This document shows positions 15,298 to 28,118 of a stretch of DNA of 64,000 bases, piece by piece. A program made the translations under genes and the position numbers. How positions within the stretch are numbered: the first letter of the stretch is position 1; the number at the start of each line of letters is the position of its first letter. The notes under the pieces were generated by a model. That model worked only from the letters and a program-made list of their open reading frames with translations, had not been told where the DNA came from and did no database searches. The stretch comes from Eledone cirrhosa (lineage: Eukaryota). The stretch spans positions 46,438,001 to 46,502,000 of the forward strand of contig OZ024746.1 in the NCBI GenBank assembly GCA_964016885.1, given 5' to 3'.

Positions 15298-17569
15298 TTG
15301 TTATACCTGGGGAGGGTCATATTTTTTGTAATATTGCCAGAATTAATAACAGAACACACTCACTGTTTGGTTGGTTTTCGCTTCTCGCTGTCTTTTATAT
15401 CGGTAATCTAACTTACTCGGTCCTCAATGTTGCCATTGACTGACCGACGGTCAAAAATAATACAGATACAATATAGACACAAACACATATATATAGTTTA
15501 TCATAAATCTTTCGTTGCACATCTGCAACATCGTCAGTGGTGTTATATTTTCCTCCTGTTGTGTTGTATGTCTACGCCATTTTTTATTCAGTCTGTCTAT
15601 ATATTTATTTATTTATTTGCTTGTTTGTTTATTTTATTTTGTCTTCTTTGCGCATGCGTTTGTGTGTGTGTATAATGTTATGTTTGCTGTGTGATGGGTG
15701 ACTAGTGTGTGTTTATGTGCTTGTTGTTATTGTGCCTGTGTATGTATTTATTTATCTTATTTTATTTACTTATTTATACTTCTCTTAGGTCAGTGTTGTT
15801 TGTTTGGGTGTTGTTGTTATTCCATTCATTCTTTCTGTTTAGCTTTGGTCTTCTAATTTCTATTTCACTGGCCTCTCTGATTTGCCTATCTGCTGGGTCA
15901 TTTCTATGTTTAGATATTATTCTAATTTCTATGTTGTCTATGTTACCGTCATGTTGTTGTCTAGAATGTTCGTATAGTACTGACCCGTTTTTTCGTCATT
16001 TTAGTTCCCTCCAGTGTTGGTCTATCCTTTCACCTATGCTACGAGCTGTCTCACCTATGTATGTTGTTGTCATGTTTCTGCAAGTACCCTCTGTACATCT
16101 CATGCTATAGACTACGTTTCTAGTTTTACAGTTTATCCGGGGGTTCACCTTACATATGATACATTTCCTATTGGTACAGTGGGTTTTCTTAAAAGGGTAG
16201 GTTTTGCTGATCAGGGATTTTATGGCGGTTCCTGGCTTTTCTACCACCTTTATTTTTAAGTGGGTCTTTCTCAGGGCCTTTCTACACTGGTTAGCTAAGT
16301 TCCCTCCTGGGGTGGCGTCCACAAACATGACACTCTGGTATCTCTGGTTGTCGTACCATGATGTGGCTTTCCCCATCTTATGTCTAGCCCTATCTAAGCT
16401 ATTCCATGATTTGCTCCTGTATAATGGGCAAATTCCTTTCATGTCCAGTTCTATGAGGGTCTTATACTTTTCCATGGCTCCTTCGTATACTCTGACTCTG
16501 TCTCTGTGGTTGTAGCCAGAGAACTGCATGCGGTTGATGAAGTGTTGGATGTGTCTTTCCATTTCTGTTGGGTCGCACATGCGGGACACATTCTTCATCA
16601 CTCGTACCAAATCTGCGATCAGAATATTAAACTTAGCACTACTGGACATTGCTGAGTTTTTGAGTATCAGGTATTTGGAGGCCATGGGTTTAGCATAGTG
16701 TGAGTGGAGAATTTGGGCTCTCTCGTCTATAGTGTTAATCCAGAGTTCTGTGTCTAATACAGGTAGTCTATTGTTAGGGTGTTTGGAAGGGAAGTCTATA
16801 GTTACAGTTATACTCTGGTGTATGGAATTAGCTATCTGCTGGATGCTTTCCATCGTGCTACGTTCTAAATCAAACTTGTTAGTGCTCTCTAGTGGGGGTG
16901 TTCTTATAACTATATTGATATCGTCTACATAACGAGAGTACATGATGAGGTCTATGGAGCTTTCATTAAGGAGATCTTTAAGTCTCCTTTCCCACCATAC
17001 CATGAAAAGGTTGGCAACATCACCAGCTATGCTGACGCCGATGGCTGCTCCCTCATTTTGGGTGTAGATTTTCTAATTGAACTTAAATATATAGCCCTTT
17101 AGGGTAGTTTTGATACTAGCCCCTATTGCATGTGCGACCATTTTTCTTACCTGATCATTGTTTTGGGGGGTCCGTATAGCTTTGGTCCACCCAATCCACC
17201 TTCCCATGGGAGTCTTTTTTGCCATTGAGGTTATGGTGGGGGGTCTACCTCTTATAGGTCTACTAGGGCAGAAACATCTAAGGTCATGGCTGTCTAGGTA
17301 GTCAGTGTCGTAGGTAAGTCTAAGTAGGAGGCCCAGTTCGTCTGTGTCGACGTCGCCGAACTCCACCTCACTCTCAATGATCATCTCCACACATCTTTTC
17401 ACAGCAAAATCAATGTTAATGGATGGGTCCAGTGACACCACATCCATGCTGCCTATTATGCAGTTGGATAGGCTCCTGTTTTTTGTTGCACTCACTGATT
17501 CTGCTGAGGAGGTCCTCTGTACTGTCACATACATCTGGGGACATCTTGATTATGGGGCGTATAACCATT
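15298..17569 (-). mobile_element. Penelope-like element family B, copy 2 (RT + GIY-YIG pseudogene)
   Basis: IIGSMDVVSL (RT motif A), GAAIG (motif B), YVDD (motif C), CTNRKCIIC linker, NVVY..YIG; in-frame stops and frameshifts. Confidence 0.92.
15482..15544 (-). ncRNA. Hammerhead-like motif in family B pLTR
   Basis: Reverse complement of the motif at 18114-18176. Confidence 0.5.
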
Positions 17570-17580
17570 GAGAGGAAGTA

Positions 17581-18360
17581 GCAGAAACATGACAACAACA
17601 TACATAGGTGAGACAGCTCGTAACATAGGTGAAAGGATAGACCAACACTGGGGGTAACTAACAGGACGAAAAAACGGGTCAGTACTATACGAACATGCTA
17701 GACAACAACATGACGGTAACATAGACAACATAGAAATTAGAATAATATCTAAACATAGAAATTACCCAGCAGATAGGCAAATCAGAGAGGCCAGTGAAAT
17801 AGAAATTAGAAGACCAAAGCTAAACAGAAAGAATGAATGGAATAACAACAACACCCAAACAAACAACACTGACCTAAGAGAAGTATAAATAAGTAAATAA
17901 AATAAGATAAATAAATACATACACAAGCACAATAACAACAAGCACATAAACACACACTAGTCACCCATCACACAGCAAACATAACACTATACACACACGC
18001 AAACGCATGCGCAAAGAAGACAAAATAAAATAAACAAACAAGCAAATAAATAAATATATAGACAGACTGAATAAAAAATGGCGTAGACATACAACACAAC
18101 AGGAGGAAAATATAACACCACTGACGATGTTGCAGATGTGCAACGAAAGATTTATGATAAACTATATATATGTGTTTGTGTCTATATTGTATCTGTATTA
18201 TTTTTGACCGTCGGTCAGTCAATGGCAGCATTGAGGACCGAGTAAGTTAGATATACCGATATAAAAGACAGCGAGAACCGAAAACCAACCAAACAGTGAG
18301 TGTGTTCTGTTATTAATTCTGGCAATATTAGACAAATATGACCCTCCCCAAGTATAACAA
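17581..18360 (+). mobile_element. Inverted ~780-bp pLTR (endonuclease end + 3' UTR) of family B copy 2
   Basis: Near-exact reverse complement of 15298-16081; ends ...CCCCAAGTATAACAA then (TA)n. Confidence 0.92.
18114..18176 (+). ncRNA. Hammerhead-like motif in inverted family B pLTR
   Basis: CTGACGA(18121-18127)-T-GTTGCA gatg TGCAAC-GAAA(18145-18148)-GATTTATGATAAAC-TA; stem I only partial (AACAC/GTGTT). Confidence 0.55.
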
Positions 18361-18380
18361 TATATATATATACACATATA

Positions 18381-20709
18381 AGAGAGTATTGAAGTTTGCT
18401 TGAAGCATTGTGGAACAATAAGTAAATATCTTTAAGTCGTTTGGAAGCCTCGACAATGCAAATGGGTAAATCTCCGGGTAACAAGGTCCGGTGGTGGAGA
18501 GAGAGATGTAAGTGGGTGTACGTTGAGATGCGTGGTGTGTATAAGATGTGTGAGATGTGTAGAATGAAGGGAAGAGTATAAAGGATAAAATTAAAATAAC
18601 AACACAAGAGAGAGTTACCTTGGGAGAGATTTAATAGTCCCTATATATTTCGGATTCACATCCATCAACTGGGGTTTTTTTCCCGGGGTGGGGGAAAAGG
18701 TTGTCTGTCGGACAAGTGCGGAACGCGTCTTTCGCTGTTTGTTGTTTTGAATATCTGAGGTATTCGGCAGAGCGCGCGTGCCCGTGAAATGGGGTCGGTC
18801 GTACAGAGGTCAGCGGCCGAATGAGGGAGTGGGATGGCGCTAGCTGTCAGTCCATTCCCTGCCTGTTTGTTAAATGTTACTGTGAGTGTGTGTGCGTGTG
18901 TTGTTGTCTCGCTTGAGTGTGTGTGTGTGTGTGCGTGTGTTGTTGCCTTGTTCCTCTGTATTGGCAGTGTAGTATGTTCGTATGGTGGAATGCTACTGTG
19001 TGTGTGTGCGTGTATGTGTGTAGTTGTCTCGTTTGCGTGTGTGTGTGTGTGCGTGTGTTGTGTGTTGTTGTATCCCTTGTTAACTTAAACCAGCCATCTC
19101 ATTTCGCTTCTCTCTGATCGGTTGTTTATTTGCGGTTGCAGTCGTTTGATAAAAAGCGCTTCCTTGATACGTAACGTGCCGAATTTTCTTTCAGTCGCTA
19201 GAATTGTGACAATGGGCCTTCCGTCTTTGTTTCCGCATTTGTCTATGTGTTTCCGGAAAGACGAGGCCCTGGTTTTAGTGTGTTCCTTGATCCGGATGTG
19301 CAAAGGTCGAATTGTGCTACCTAAGTAGTATTGGTTGCACCTGTCACATTCTATCTTATACACGACGTATGTGCGTAGGCAACAGTTCGCATGGCGTATC
19401 GGGCAGTCTCTGAGGGAGCATGCGTCACTAGATTTTTCGGGTTTCCTGGAGAGCCATCTTCGCAGGGAGGGGCCCGAGTGGGCTAGGTGGATGTCGAGGC
19501 CCTCCCTTCGTATAGCCTTGTGGATAGCGTTGGTGGTTTTCTCGCCCAGGTGTGGCATTTTAAGGAAGCACTTGCCCTGGGTGCTTCTCTGTCTCTTGCG
19601 TCTGGTGTCTCCTATTCTGTCTGTGATCGAGGTAGGGTACCCGTTCGTCTCCAGCACCTCGAGGAATCGCTTGGTATGAGTGACACCACTCGCGGGATCG
19701 CTGCATCTGTTTTTGATTCGCGCGATCTCGTTCGTGATGTATCCTCTTTTGGCACTGTTAGGGAGGGCGGACTTGTAGTGAACGAATAGGTCCCTGCAGG
19801 CTGCCTTTCGGTAGAAGTTGCAGTGATGTTGATTCTGAAGTCGAGGAGGGCAAGTGACCCGTCTTCGTTGGGGTGTTCAACACTGAAGTCAATGTTCTCG
19901 TCCGTGTTGTTGAACGTCTCATAGATTCCGTTCGCTGTGTCTTGGGAAGATGTGAGGATGAGGATATCATCCACGTACCTTGAGAAAAAGGCTACGGCGT
20001 TGGGGTGGCAGGCGTTGAGTGCCTTGCGTTCGAGGTTGTCCATGTAAGAGATCGCTAGCACACCTGATAGGCTTGATCCCATGGGCAATCCCGAGGTTTG
20101 TTGGTATATTTGGTCAAGGAATCCGAAGTAGGTGTTGTCGACGACGATGGATAGGAGTTGGTGGATGTCAGTGGTGGTGAGCCCGAAGCAGTGTAGGTCG
20201 GTGGATTGGACGTGTTCCATTAGTATATTGACGGCCGGGAGTGCTGGGATCGAGGTGTAGAGAGCGACTACATCAAGGCTGAAGGCATATCTGTTATTCC
20301 TTCTGGTGTCGGGATCCATTTGATGCAGGCGCTTCAACACCTCCTCGGAGCTGTTAACGTGTCCCGGCAAGGTGTCTAAGATGGGTTTGAGTATTCTGGC
20401 TAGGAGCCATGAAATTTTGTAGAGTGGTCCCTCCACGCTCGATACGATGGGCCTGATCTTCAGGTCGCTCCCTGTTTGTGTGTTTTCACGAGGTGGTAGA
20501 AGGCGGGTAGTCTGCTGTTCCTCGTGAGGAGGTTGTATCTCTGCTTCTTCGGGAGCTTCCGCCGTTCGCAGATGTTGGTCCAGGCGGCGTTGATGTGCTC
20601 TTCTATCTGCGCGGGAGTGATTCCCGTGACCTTGGAGTAGAGGTTGTCATCGTCAAGGTGTTGGAGGGCCAGGGTGTTGTAGGCCTCTCTGCTGATGACG
20701 CAGAATTCT
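18381..20709 (-). mobile_element. GC-rich Penelope-like element family C (Penelope/Poseidon-like), RT + GIY-YIG pseudogene
   Basis: KIRPIVSS, FSLDVVALYTSIP, QTSGLPMGSSLS, FSRYVDDI, VVYKIECDRCNQYYLGSTIRPLHIRIKEH, KEALFIKRLQPQIN; frameshifts. Confidence 0.92.
18639..18674 (-). ncRNA. Degenerate minimal hammerhead remnant in family C 3' UTR
   Basis: Minus strand: CCC-CAGTTGA-T-GGA tgtgaa TCC-GAAA-TATA-TA-GGG; core has two mismatches to CTGANGA. Confidence 0.4.
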
Positions 20710-20751
<42 letters not shown>

Positions 20752-20766
20752 TATATATATACACAC

Positions 20767-20813
<47 letters not shown>

Positions 20814-20914
20814 CACATATATATATATACATATATATATATACACATATATATATTTACATATATATATATATACATATATATATACACATATATATAT
20901 ATACACATATATAT

Positions 20915-21493
20915 CTCATCTACATCTAAGGCGGGTAAAATTCCCGAGATCCATGGACGAGATCTCTCCAGCGGTCTCTGTCACTCATTATCGCTGCCAT
21001 GTCCTGCATCTCCAACAGACCAGTGTCTGTCCTTAGGGCATCAACATACGTTAACCTTGGTCTTCCTCTTCTAGTATGTCCATGTAGGGGCTCCCAAAGG
21101 AGTACTGAGTGCAATGTCAACATTGGATGTCGGTGAGCATGTCCAGTTAACATCAGTCTCCTCTGTGTCACTTTTGAGCTGACTTTTGGGATGCTCCAAT
21201 ACAGCTCTGAGTTTTTCATCCTCAGTGTATACTGATTAATGTTCAGAGCCATCCTGTATTTGGGAGCAAAGATTGGGAATACGGAAGATGATGTGGTTGA
21301 GAGGAAGAGCAAGGCCTGGGCGGCGTGCCAAAGCTTGAGATCGGTGTGGAAGTCGGACCTTCGTGGAGTTCTGAAAATCCGCCTCTTCATTGCTGTAGTG
21401 GAGTCTGTGCTGCTGTATGGGTCTGAGACTTGGACACTGACCAAGAGACTCACTCAGATGGTGGATGGGTGCTACACGAGAATGCTGAGGATG
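20915..21493 (-). mobile_element. RTE-like LINE 3' fragment with 5' inversion
   Basis: Relative to the colinear copy at 37058-37700, 20915-21255 is reversed and 21252-21493 is forward; VLLYGSETW and [11 protein letters not shown] motifs. Confidence 0.88.
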
Positions 21494-21591
21494 ACACATA
21501 TATATATATACATATATATATATACACATATATATATATACATATATATATATATACACATATATATCTATATACACATATATATCTATAT

Positions 21592-21664
<73 letters not shown>

Positions 21665-21724
21665 TATATATTCACACATATATATATATATATATACACA
21701 CATATATATCTATACACACATATC

Positions 21725-21778
<54 letters not shown>

Positions 21779-21845
21779 CATATATATATATACACATATA
21801 TATATATACATATATATATAAATACACATATATATCTATATACAC

Positions 21846-21918
<73 letters not shown>

Positions 21919-21986
21919 TATATATATATATTCACACGTATATATATATATATATATACACACATATATATCTATACACACATATC

Positions 21987-22052
<66 letters not shown>

Positions 22053-22059
22053 CACACAC

Positions 22060-22094
<35 letters not shown>

Positions 22095-22171
22095 CACACA
22101 CATATATATATATAGAGAGAGAGAGAGAAAGAGAGAGGGGGGGGGAGAGTTATTGTGAGTTACTTGTTTAG

Positions 22172-22215
22172 ACAATACCTACATTCTACTTGGGAAAGTA
22201 GAATGTAGGTATTGT
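22172..22215. repeat. Perfect 20-bp-stem hairpin
   Basis: ACAATACCTACATTCTACTT-GGGA-AAGTAGAATGTAGGTATTGT. Confidence 0.9.
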
Positions 22216-22244
22216 AAAGAGTTAGTGCTTGATGGCTTTACAAT

Positions 22245-23850
22245 TACGCCGCCTTCTGAGTGCTATTGTGGTGCTCACCAATAGACACATCCATGGCACC
22301 CTGGCCCCTTATGCCCAAGGCCTCTTTTTTTTGGCCAGCCTCACCGCTCTCAGGAAGAAAGAGGGTGGCATACGCCCCATTGCTATGGGCAAAGTCTTCC
22401 GGAGGCTGGCAACCAAAGTGATCTGCAAGTCCGTAACACACGAACTGGTTGAGGAGTTTAGTTCGGTGCAACTGGGTGTCAGCGTGTCCGGTGGCTGTGA
22501 GGGTTCCGCTCATGCAACCAGGCAGTTCTTCAATATATATATTGGATCCGGCATCCAGGGACTCCAGGCCCCTCATTGCTTGACATGAGGAATGCCTTCA
22601 ACTCTTTACGCCGGAATCATCTGCTCGAGGCCTACCTCAGCCGAGCCCCCGCTGCCTACCCGCTGGCCTACCTGTCATATGGAGACCCGAGCATGCTCCT
22701 TGCTGCTGATACGGTCATACCCTAGTCTACTGGGGTCCAACAGGGCGATGCTTTGGGACCCTTCCTGTTCGCCCTTGGTATTGAGCACATCGCCCGGAGT
22801 ATCACGGCCCCTCTCAACGCTTGGTATTTGGATGATGCTACGTTGGGCGAGCCCATATGGACGGTCTGCATGACCTTCAATTGGTGGTTCCTGCCCTGGC
22901 GGGAATTGGCCTCCAGGTCAAGTCGGCCAAGTCGGAGGTGGTGAATGTCAGCTTTGATGCTGCAAGCTTTGCAGCTTCTGTCTTGGACATGTGGTCCATT
23001 CTACGCCAAGTTCAGGTGATCCCCAAAGTGGATGTCCTCATCTTCGGGTCACCGATCCACCCGCCGGCCATCCGCTCCACCATCAGGTCCAGGCTTCAAC
23101 AGCTCCAGACTCTCACGAGCTGACTGGGCTTGATTGACGGCCACCCAGCTCTTTTTTTCCACAGCGCTCCATGCTACACCTTGCTGACCTCGATACTTGT
23201 ATTTGAGCAGCAGCCGAGGACATATGCAACTTCAAGTTTGACGACATAGGGTGGCAACAGGCCACTTTACCTGTCAGATATGGCGGCCTTGGCCTCCGGT
23301 CCTCGATCTCACTAGCTTTACCAGCGTATCTTTCGTCGGTAACCTCGTGCCGCGTCCTCGTCAGCAGGGTTCTTCAAAACAGAACAGAACCCTCTGTGTT
23401 CAGAGAACGTCAGGCCGCCTGTGAGACGTGGGACCAGCTGGGACTTAGCCCAGTAGACGTCCCTCCTTCTTCTCCTCCTGTTGACGTCAAGTCCACCAAC
23501 GCACTTGGAATGCCACTTGCACAGACACTTTCTATAGTGCAACCTGGTGCAGTCTGCGACTGACCCAGGTTCTGCTGCACGTCAGGCTGAGGGAGCCAAA
23601 CTCCTCAAATACCGGTCACTCTCCGACAGGTTTGCGGTCGTACCCCTGGCAGTGGAGACTTCTAGTGTCCTTGGCATCAGGGCTACCTCCTTACTCACCA
23701 CCATAGGCGCTGAGCTGGCCAGCCCCAGGTGTGAGCACCATGTGTTGGAGTGGCTTTTCCAGCGTGTTTGCCTTGCCATCCTCTGGGGAAACGCCTTCTC
23801 CGTTCTGTCTGCCGAGGCTGTGGGTGGGCCCCATCATGTACCATTGTAGT
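22245..23850 (+). mobile_element. Degenerate CRE-like (restriction-like endonuclease) non-LTR retrotransposon
   Basis: LTALRKKEGGIRPIAMG.VFRRL, QLGV...GGCE, LDMRNAFNS, GVQQGDALGPFLF, AWYLDD, KY...VPLAVETS...FQRVCLAILWGNA; many frameshifts. Confidence 0.82.
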
Positions 23851-25671
23851 TGCTGTAGAAGAAATAGGAAGACAACAACTGGAAAGTTTGATTTTCTACT
23901 TTATCATTTACTTCTGCTTTAAAAAGAAATATATTTATATATATATATGTATGTAAGTATATATATAATGTGTGTGTGTGAATGTGTGTTAGTATATATC
24001 TATGTATCTATATGTCGGGTCACTCTTGAGTGCTACTGGTAACATGTAACCCAGTACAACCTGTCACATGGTTGGGTCGTCGGTGACTAAACCGGCAACC
24101 CCACCAAATTTACTTGGTAAGGAGGGTGATTTTGGACAAAAAAAAAAACTGACAAAGGGCGGAAGAACTCATGAGTGTCAACAGCCATCCACAAATGTGT
24201 AAATATGTACATATGCATGTATATATTTATATGCATGTGTGGATATGTATGTATATGTGCGGGGACATAGAAATAGTCGGGCTGGATACCCGATCATGCA
24301 GTTAAACCACTGTGAGTGAAGGACCCCTAGCCTTTATCAGGGCATTCTTTTAGGAAAAGGCAACTCAGGAAACTGGGATATCTCCGACATAAAACCTGCA
24401 GTTCAGTAGTTACCAATGATGTTGATCTTTTCTTCTTTTTGGGTTATAGCTACTGAAGCTCAGAGAGTGGATTGGCTCACTTAAAAAAAATATTCACACA
24501 CAAGCATTGCATGATAGCTAAATTGATAATTATTTCTAATGTTATATTGTGCAATGGCCATACTCAATAACGAGGGGGTAGCCATCATGTATCTCTATAT
24601 ATATATATGTGTGTGTATTTGGCAACAAATTAAGAGTTACTGAAATTACTCAATTAATAACTTAAATATATTCAAACTGAAGAAATACATCAGAAAGAAT
24701 TAATATCTGATACACCATGTAAAGGAATATGTATACTATGTAAACAGAAACAACATGGTGTGCATGTATTGTACAATGATGCTGTTGTTTAAACCTGGAT
24801 CTGTCATGTTAAAGCTTACCCAATGTTAAAGGTTCATGTTTTTTTTTTTCCTCAGAAGTGCCTTTTAAGACAGTAACATGTTATATAAAGTAGATTTGTT
24901 TTCTAGAAATAGTTAGAGAGCTATGTAAAGATCTTTTGTTTTTTGTCTAGCTGATCATAAACTGAATGTCACATTATCATGTGTTTTACTATAATAACTA
25001 TTATTTCTGCTGTTGGGAAGATGCTTAAGAAAGCAAAGCATCCGTCTAGGTGTTTACTTATTTCATTAGCTATTAGTTTGGTGATCATATCAAATTGTAT
25101 TGATTTAGTCTTCACCTATCCCAGGTTTATAACATAAATACCCAAATGCCAATAAATTATTACAGCCTAATCAAATAAGTACTCTAAATATGTATACTTA
25201 ATTTTTTTTTATATTTGACATTGAATCCAAGCAAAGTGAGGGAAATATTCAGACCAATGTAGCCATTTTTACATATTTATTTTTATTGTTTTACATCCAT
25301 AAAATGTCCTCAGACGAGCGAGAGGGTTCTTGTTAATAGAACTATTTCTGTCATTAGATGCCCATCCTATTGCTAACAATTCATCACTATATTTGTGACC
25401 ATATTGCCAAAGTATTAGTCAACAGCCAAGGCCCTTCATAAGAGAAAACTATTTCTTCCAAAAAGCATGTTATCCATTTACATTTTTGAAACTTTGATAA
25501 CTGATTTTTGTTGGCATGGATATTCACTAATCTTGTCAAACATTGCTTTCTAATTAAGACACAAGCTAAACTATATATACTATGTCGAAAACTGCAGCAT
25601 AATAGATTTTATCAAGGGTACAAGCTCAGAACTTTAGGGGGATTGGTGAGACAATCAAATAGACTTCCATA

Positions 25672-27029
25672 CAGAGGCGTAGCGAGGAAAAATTGTATCT
25701 ATGGCAAGCAGTGAAATTGCGCCCCTGCCCAGCACTGTATTTTTACCTGTGGGTCTAATCTACTTATATATATAACCAGCAATTTCTCTGTCTGTCTGTC
25801 CGACAGTGGAAACACGTGCGTAGAGAGAGAGTGAGAGTGAAAGAAAGAGACAGACTACGAGAGGGGGATAGCGGGTGGGAGAGAGGGAGAGAGAGAGAGT
25901 GAATAGACGCTAAAACACGTGCTACAGAAACATACCTTCCCCTCTCCACTGACTTTGGTCACTGAGGCCGAGGGAATCGCGCTGAGCGCGTCATAATGTC
26001 GTAATGCAGACAGCCAGACATACAGACAGATATTATAAGGGCGCAACGTTATATCTATGTATCTATCTAAAAAGAAAGACTAAGAATTATATAGAGAGAA
26101 CGCTAAATCGCCTAATGCGGTCCCTAGGGCATTGAAAATTTAAAATAATTTTTTGCTCAAAACACTCACAGGACCATAAGTATTACATGTCTAAAGTTTG
26201 AAAACAATCGGTTGGATGGTTCTCAAGTTTTAGTGAGCTGACAGACAGACAGACATTCTCTGTTTTAGATATATAGACTAGCAGAAAATCCCCCCCCCCC
26301 CCGGGTGGTTTTCTTCTAGTCTATATATATAAAACTGAGGATCCCTGTCTGTGTGTGTGTGTGAGTTTGAATCCCTAAAACTAGAGAACCACCCAACCGA
26401 CTGTTTTCAGCGATCTCTCTATATAATTCTTAGTCTTTCTCTTTTTAGATAGATACATACATATAACGTCGCGCCCTTATAATATCTGTCTGTATGTCTG
26501 CTGTCAGCATTACGTCACTTCCTACAATTCGCTCTGCGTCCAGAATGTGCCCTTATGATATCTGTCTGTATGTCGGGCTGTCTCCTGCCTCCGGTTATTC
26601 CGCCACCCTTGCTCAAGACAAATCTCACACTCATTCCTCAAACAGTTGGTAAGTGCACACAACTTATTCCACACGTTTTAAGCCACAGTGTTGCTTACTT
26701 ACGTACCACCAGACCCTTACTTCTTTGCCAGCCGTGGTTGTGGCAATACTAAGCTTAGCTAAGGAGATTATATATTTAACAATACCTTATCCCGTGCAAC
26801 GCCGGGTACCACTGCTAGTAATTTATATAAATGGTTTAATGATCCAACCACCGTAGTGTTCTCATCCATGATAACCAGAAACAGATAATACATTGGAAGG
26901 TGTTCCTTGTTTCACTCTCCAGTGAGGCTTATTTGACTTTAATAGAATATGCTCATAGTCCATATGGTGCCCCCTTCATGTGGCACCCATGGAACGTGCC
27001 ATACTTGCCATACCCTAGTTATGCCTCTG
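25672..27029. mobile_element. hAT-type non-autonomous DNA transposon, interrupted by a Helitron
   Basis: 8-bp TSD cttccata (25664-25671, 27030-27037); imperfect TIRs CAGAGGCGTAGCGAGG / CCTAGTTATGCCTCTG. Confidence 0.85.
25759..26818 (+). mobile_element. Non-autonomous Helitron composite
   Basis: 5' TC after A; 3' CCCGTGCAACGCCGGG hairpin then CTAG before T; (CTGT)n tracts; no TSD. Confidence 0.8.
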
Positions 27030-28082
27030 CTTCCATAGATGACTATTATCTAATTTTATTGATTCTGGAAGGTTAAGAGGCAAAGCAAACCTCAAAAGAA
27101 ATTGAACTTGAAATGTAAAGAGCCAGAATGAATATCACAAAGCATTTTATTTGGTGCTCTAACAATTCAGGTGACTGTAGTAAGAAGTAAGATATGATAT
27201 TCTGCCCTTGAGCAGTCACTTCAAAGTCATTATGAAATATATTCATCCTCTGAACAACAATTAAAATGTCAAAGGATTTAAGAAACGAATGTATAATATA
27301 TAAAATAATAGTTGATATTTATTATCTTCCATTTAGGGAATATTTCATTTCACCATTGAATAAATATCAATAATATATAGCAATAAAGGATCTTTTGATG
27401 CTTCTCATATCATATATTAACATAATTAAAATTTCCTACAGCTATAAAATTACAAACCTTATGATAACTAAATTGATTTGCTAAATATAACCCTTCTTAT
27501 CTGCTTCTAGCTAGCATTTCACATTATTTATCATCAACATCATCATCATCATCCCTACCACTACACAACCAAAACCACCACCATTATCATTATTATTATT
27601 ATTGTTATCATCATCATCATCATCAATATTATATTTGTTCTTTCCATCTCAATATATTTCCATTGTCAACCAAGTTCCAACTTGTAACTTAAGGCTAACA
27701 AGGGTTATGACATTTCTTCATTGTAACCCTGTTTTTTAATACAACCTTGTACAAACATACACACTTAAATTGGAAAAGGTTTTTGAAGGATGTGGTCTGT
27801 TCCAGTCAAGACAATTTTCTAAATGTTTTATAGTTTAGGATTGGCTGGTATTTATGACTGTGGTTTGTCAACTTCCTTTTTGATGATGCCCAAAGCTCCA
27901 ATCCCAACTGGTATAGTACATGTTACACATATTACCCCCCCCCCCCCCCCCTCCATACACATGCACACATGTATATCATGACTCATACACTGTTCATTTT
28001 CGTGACATTTGTACATTATTCTATGTACTATACATGCAGCTTTGATGAGTTGTAGTGCACCAGAACACCGTACACAATAATT

Positions 28083-28118
<36 letters not shown>

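Noticed and set aside
24010-24480. Two GC-richer blocks resembling retroelement 5' UTR fragments
   Set aside because: No second copy, TSD or diagnostic motif in the window
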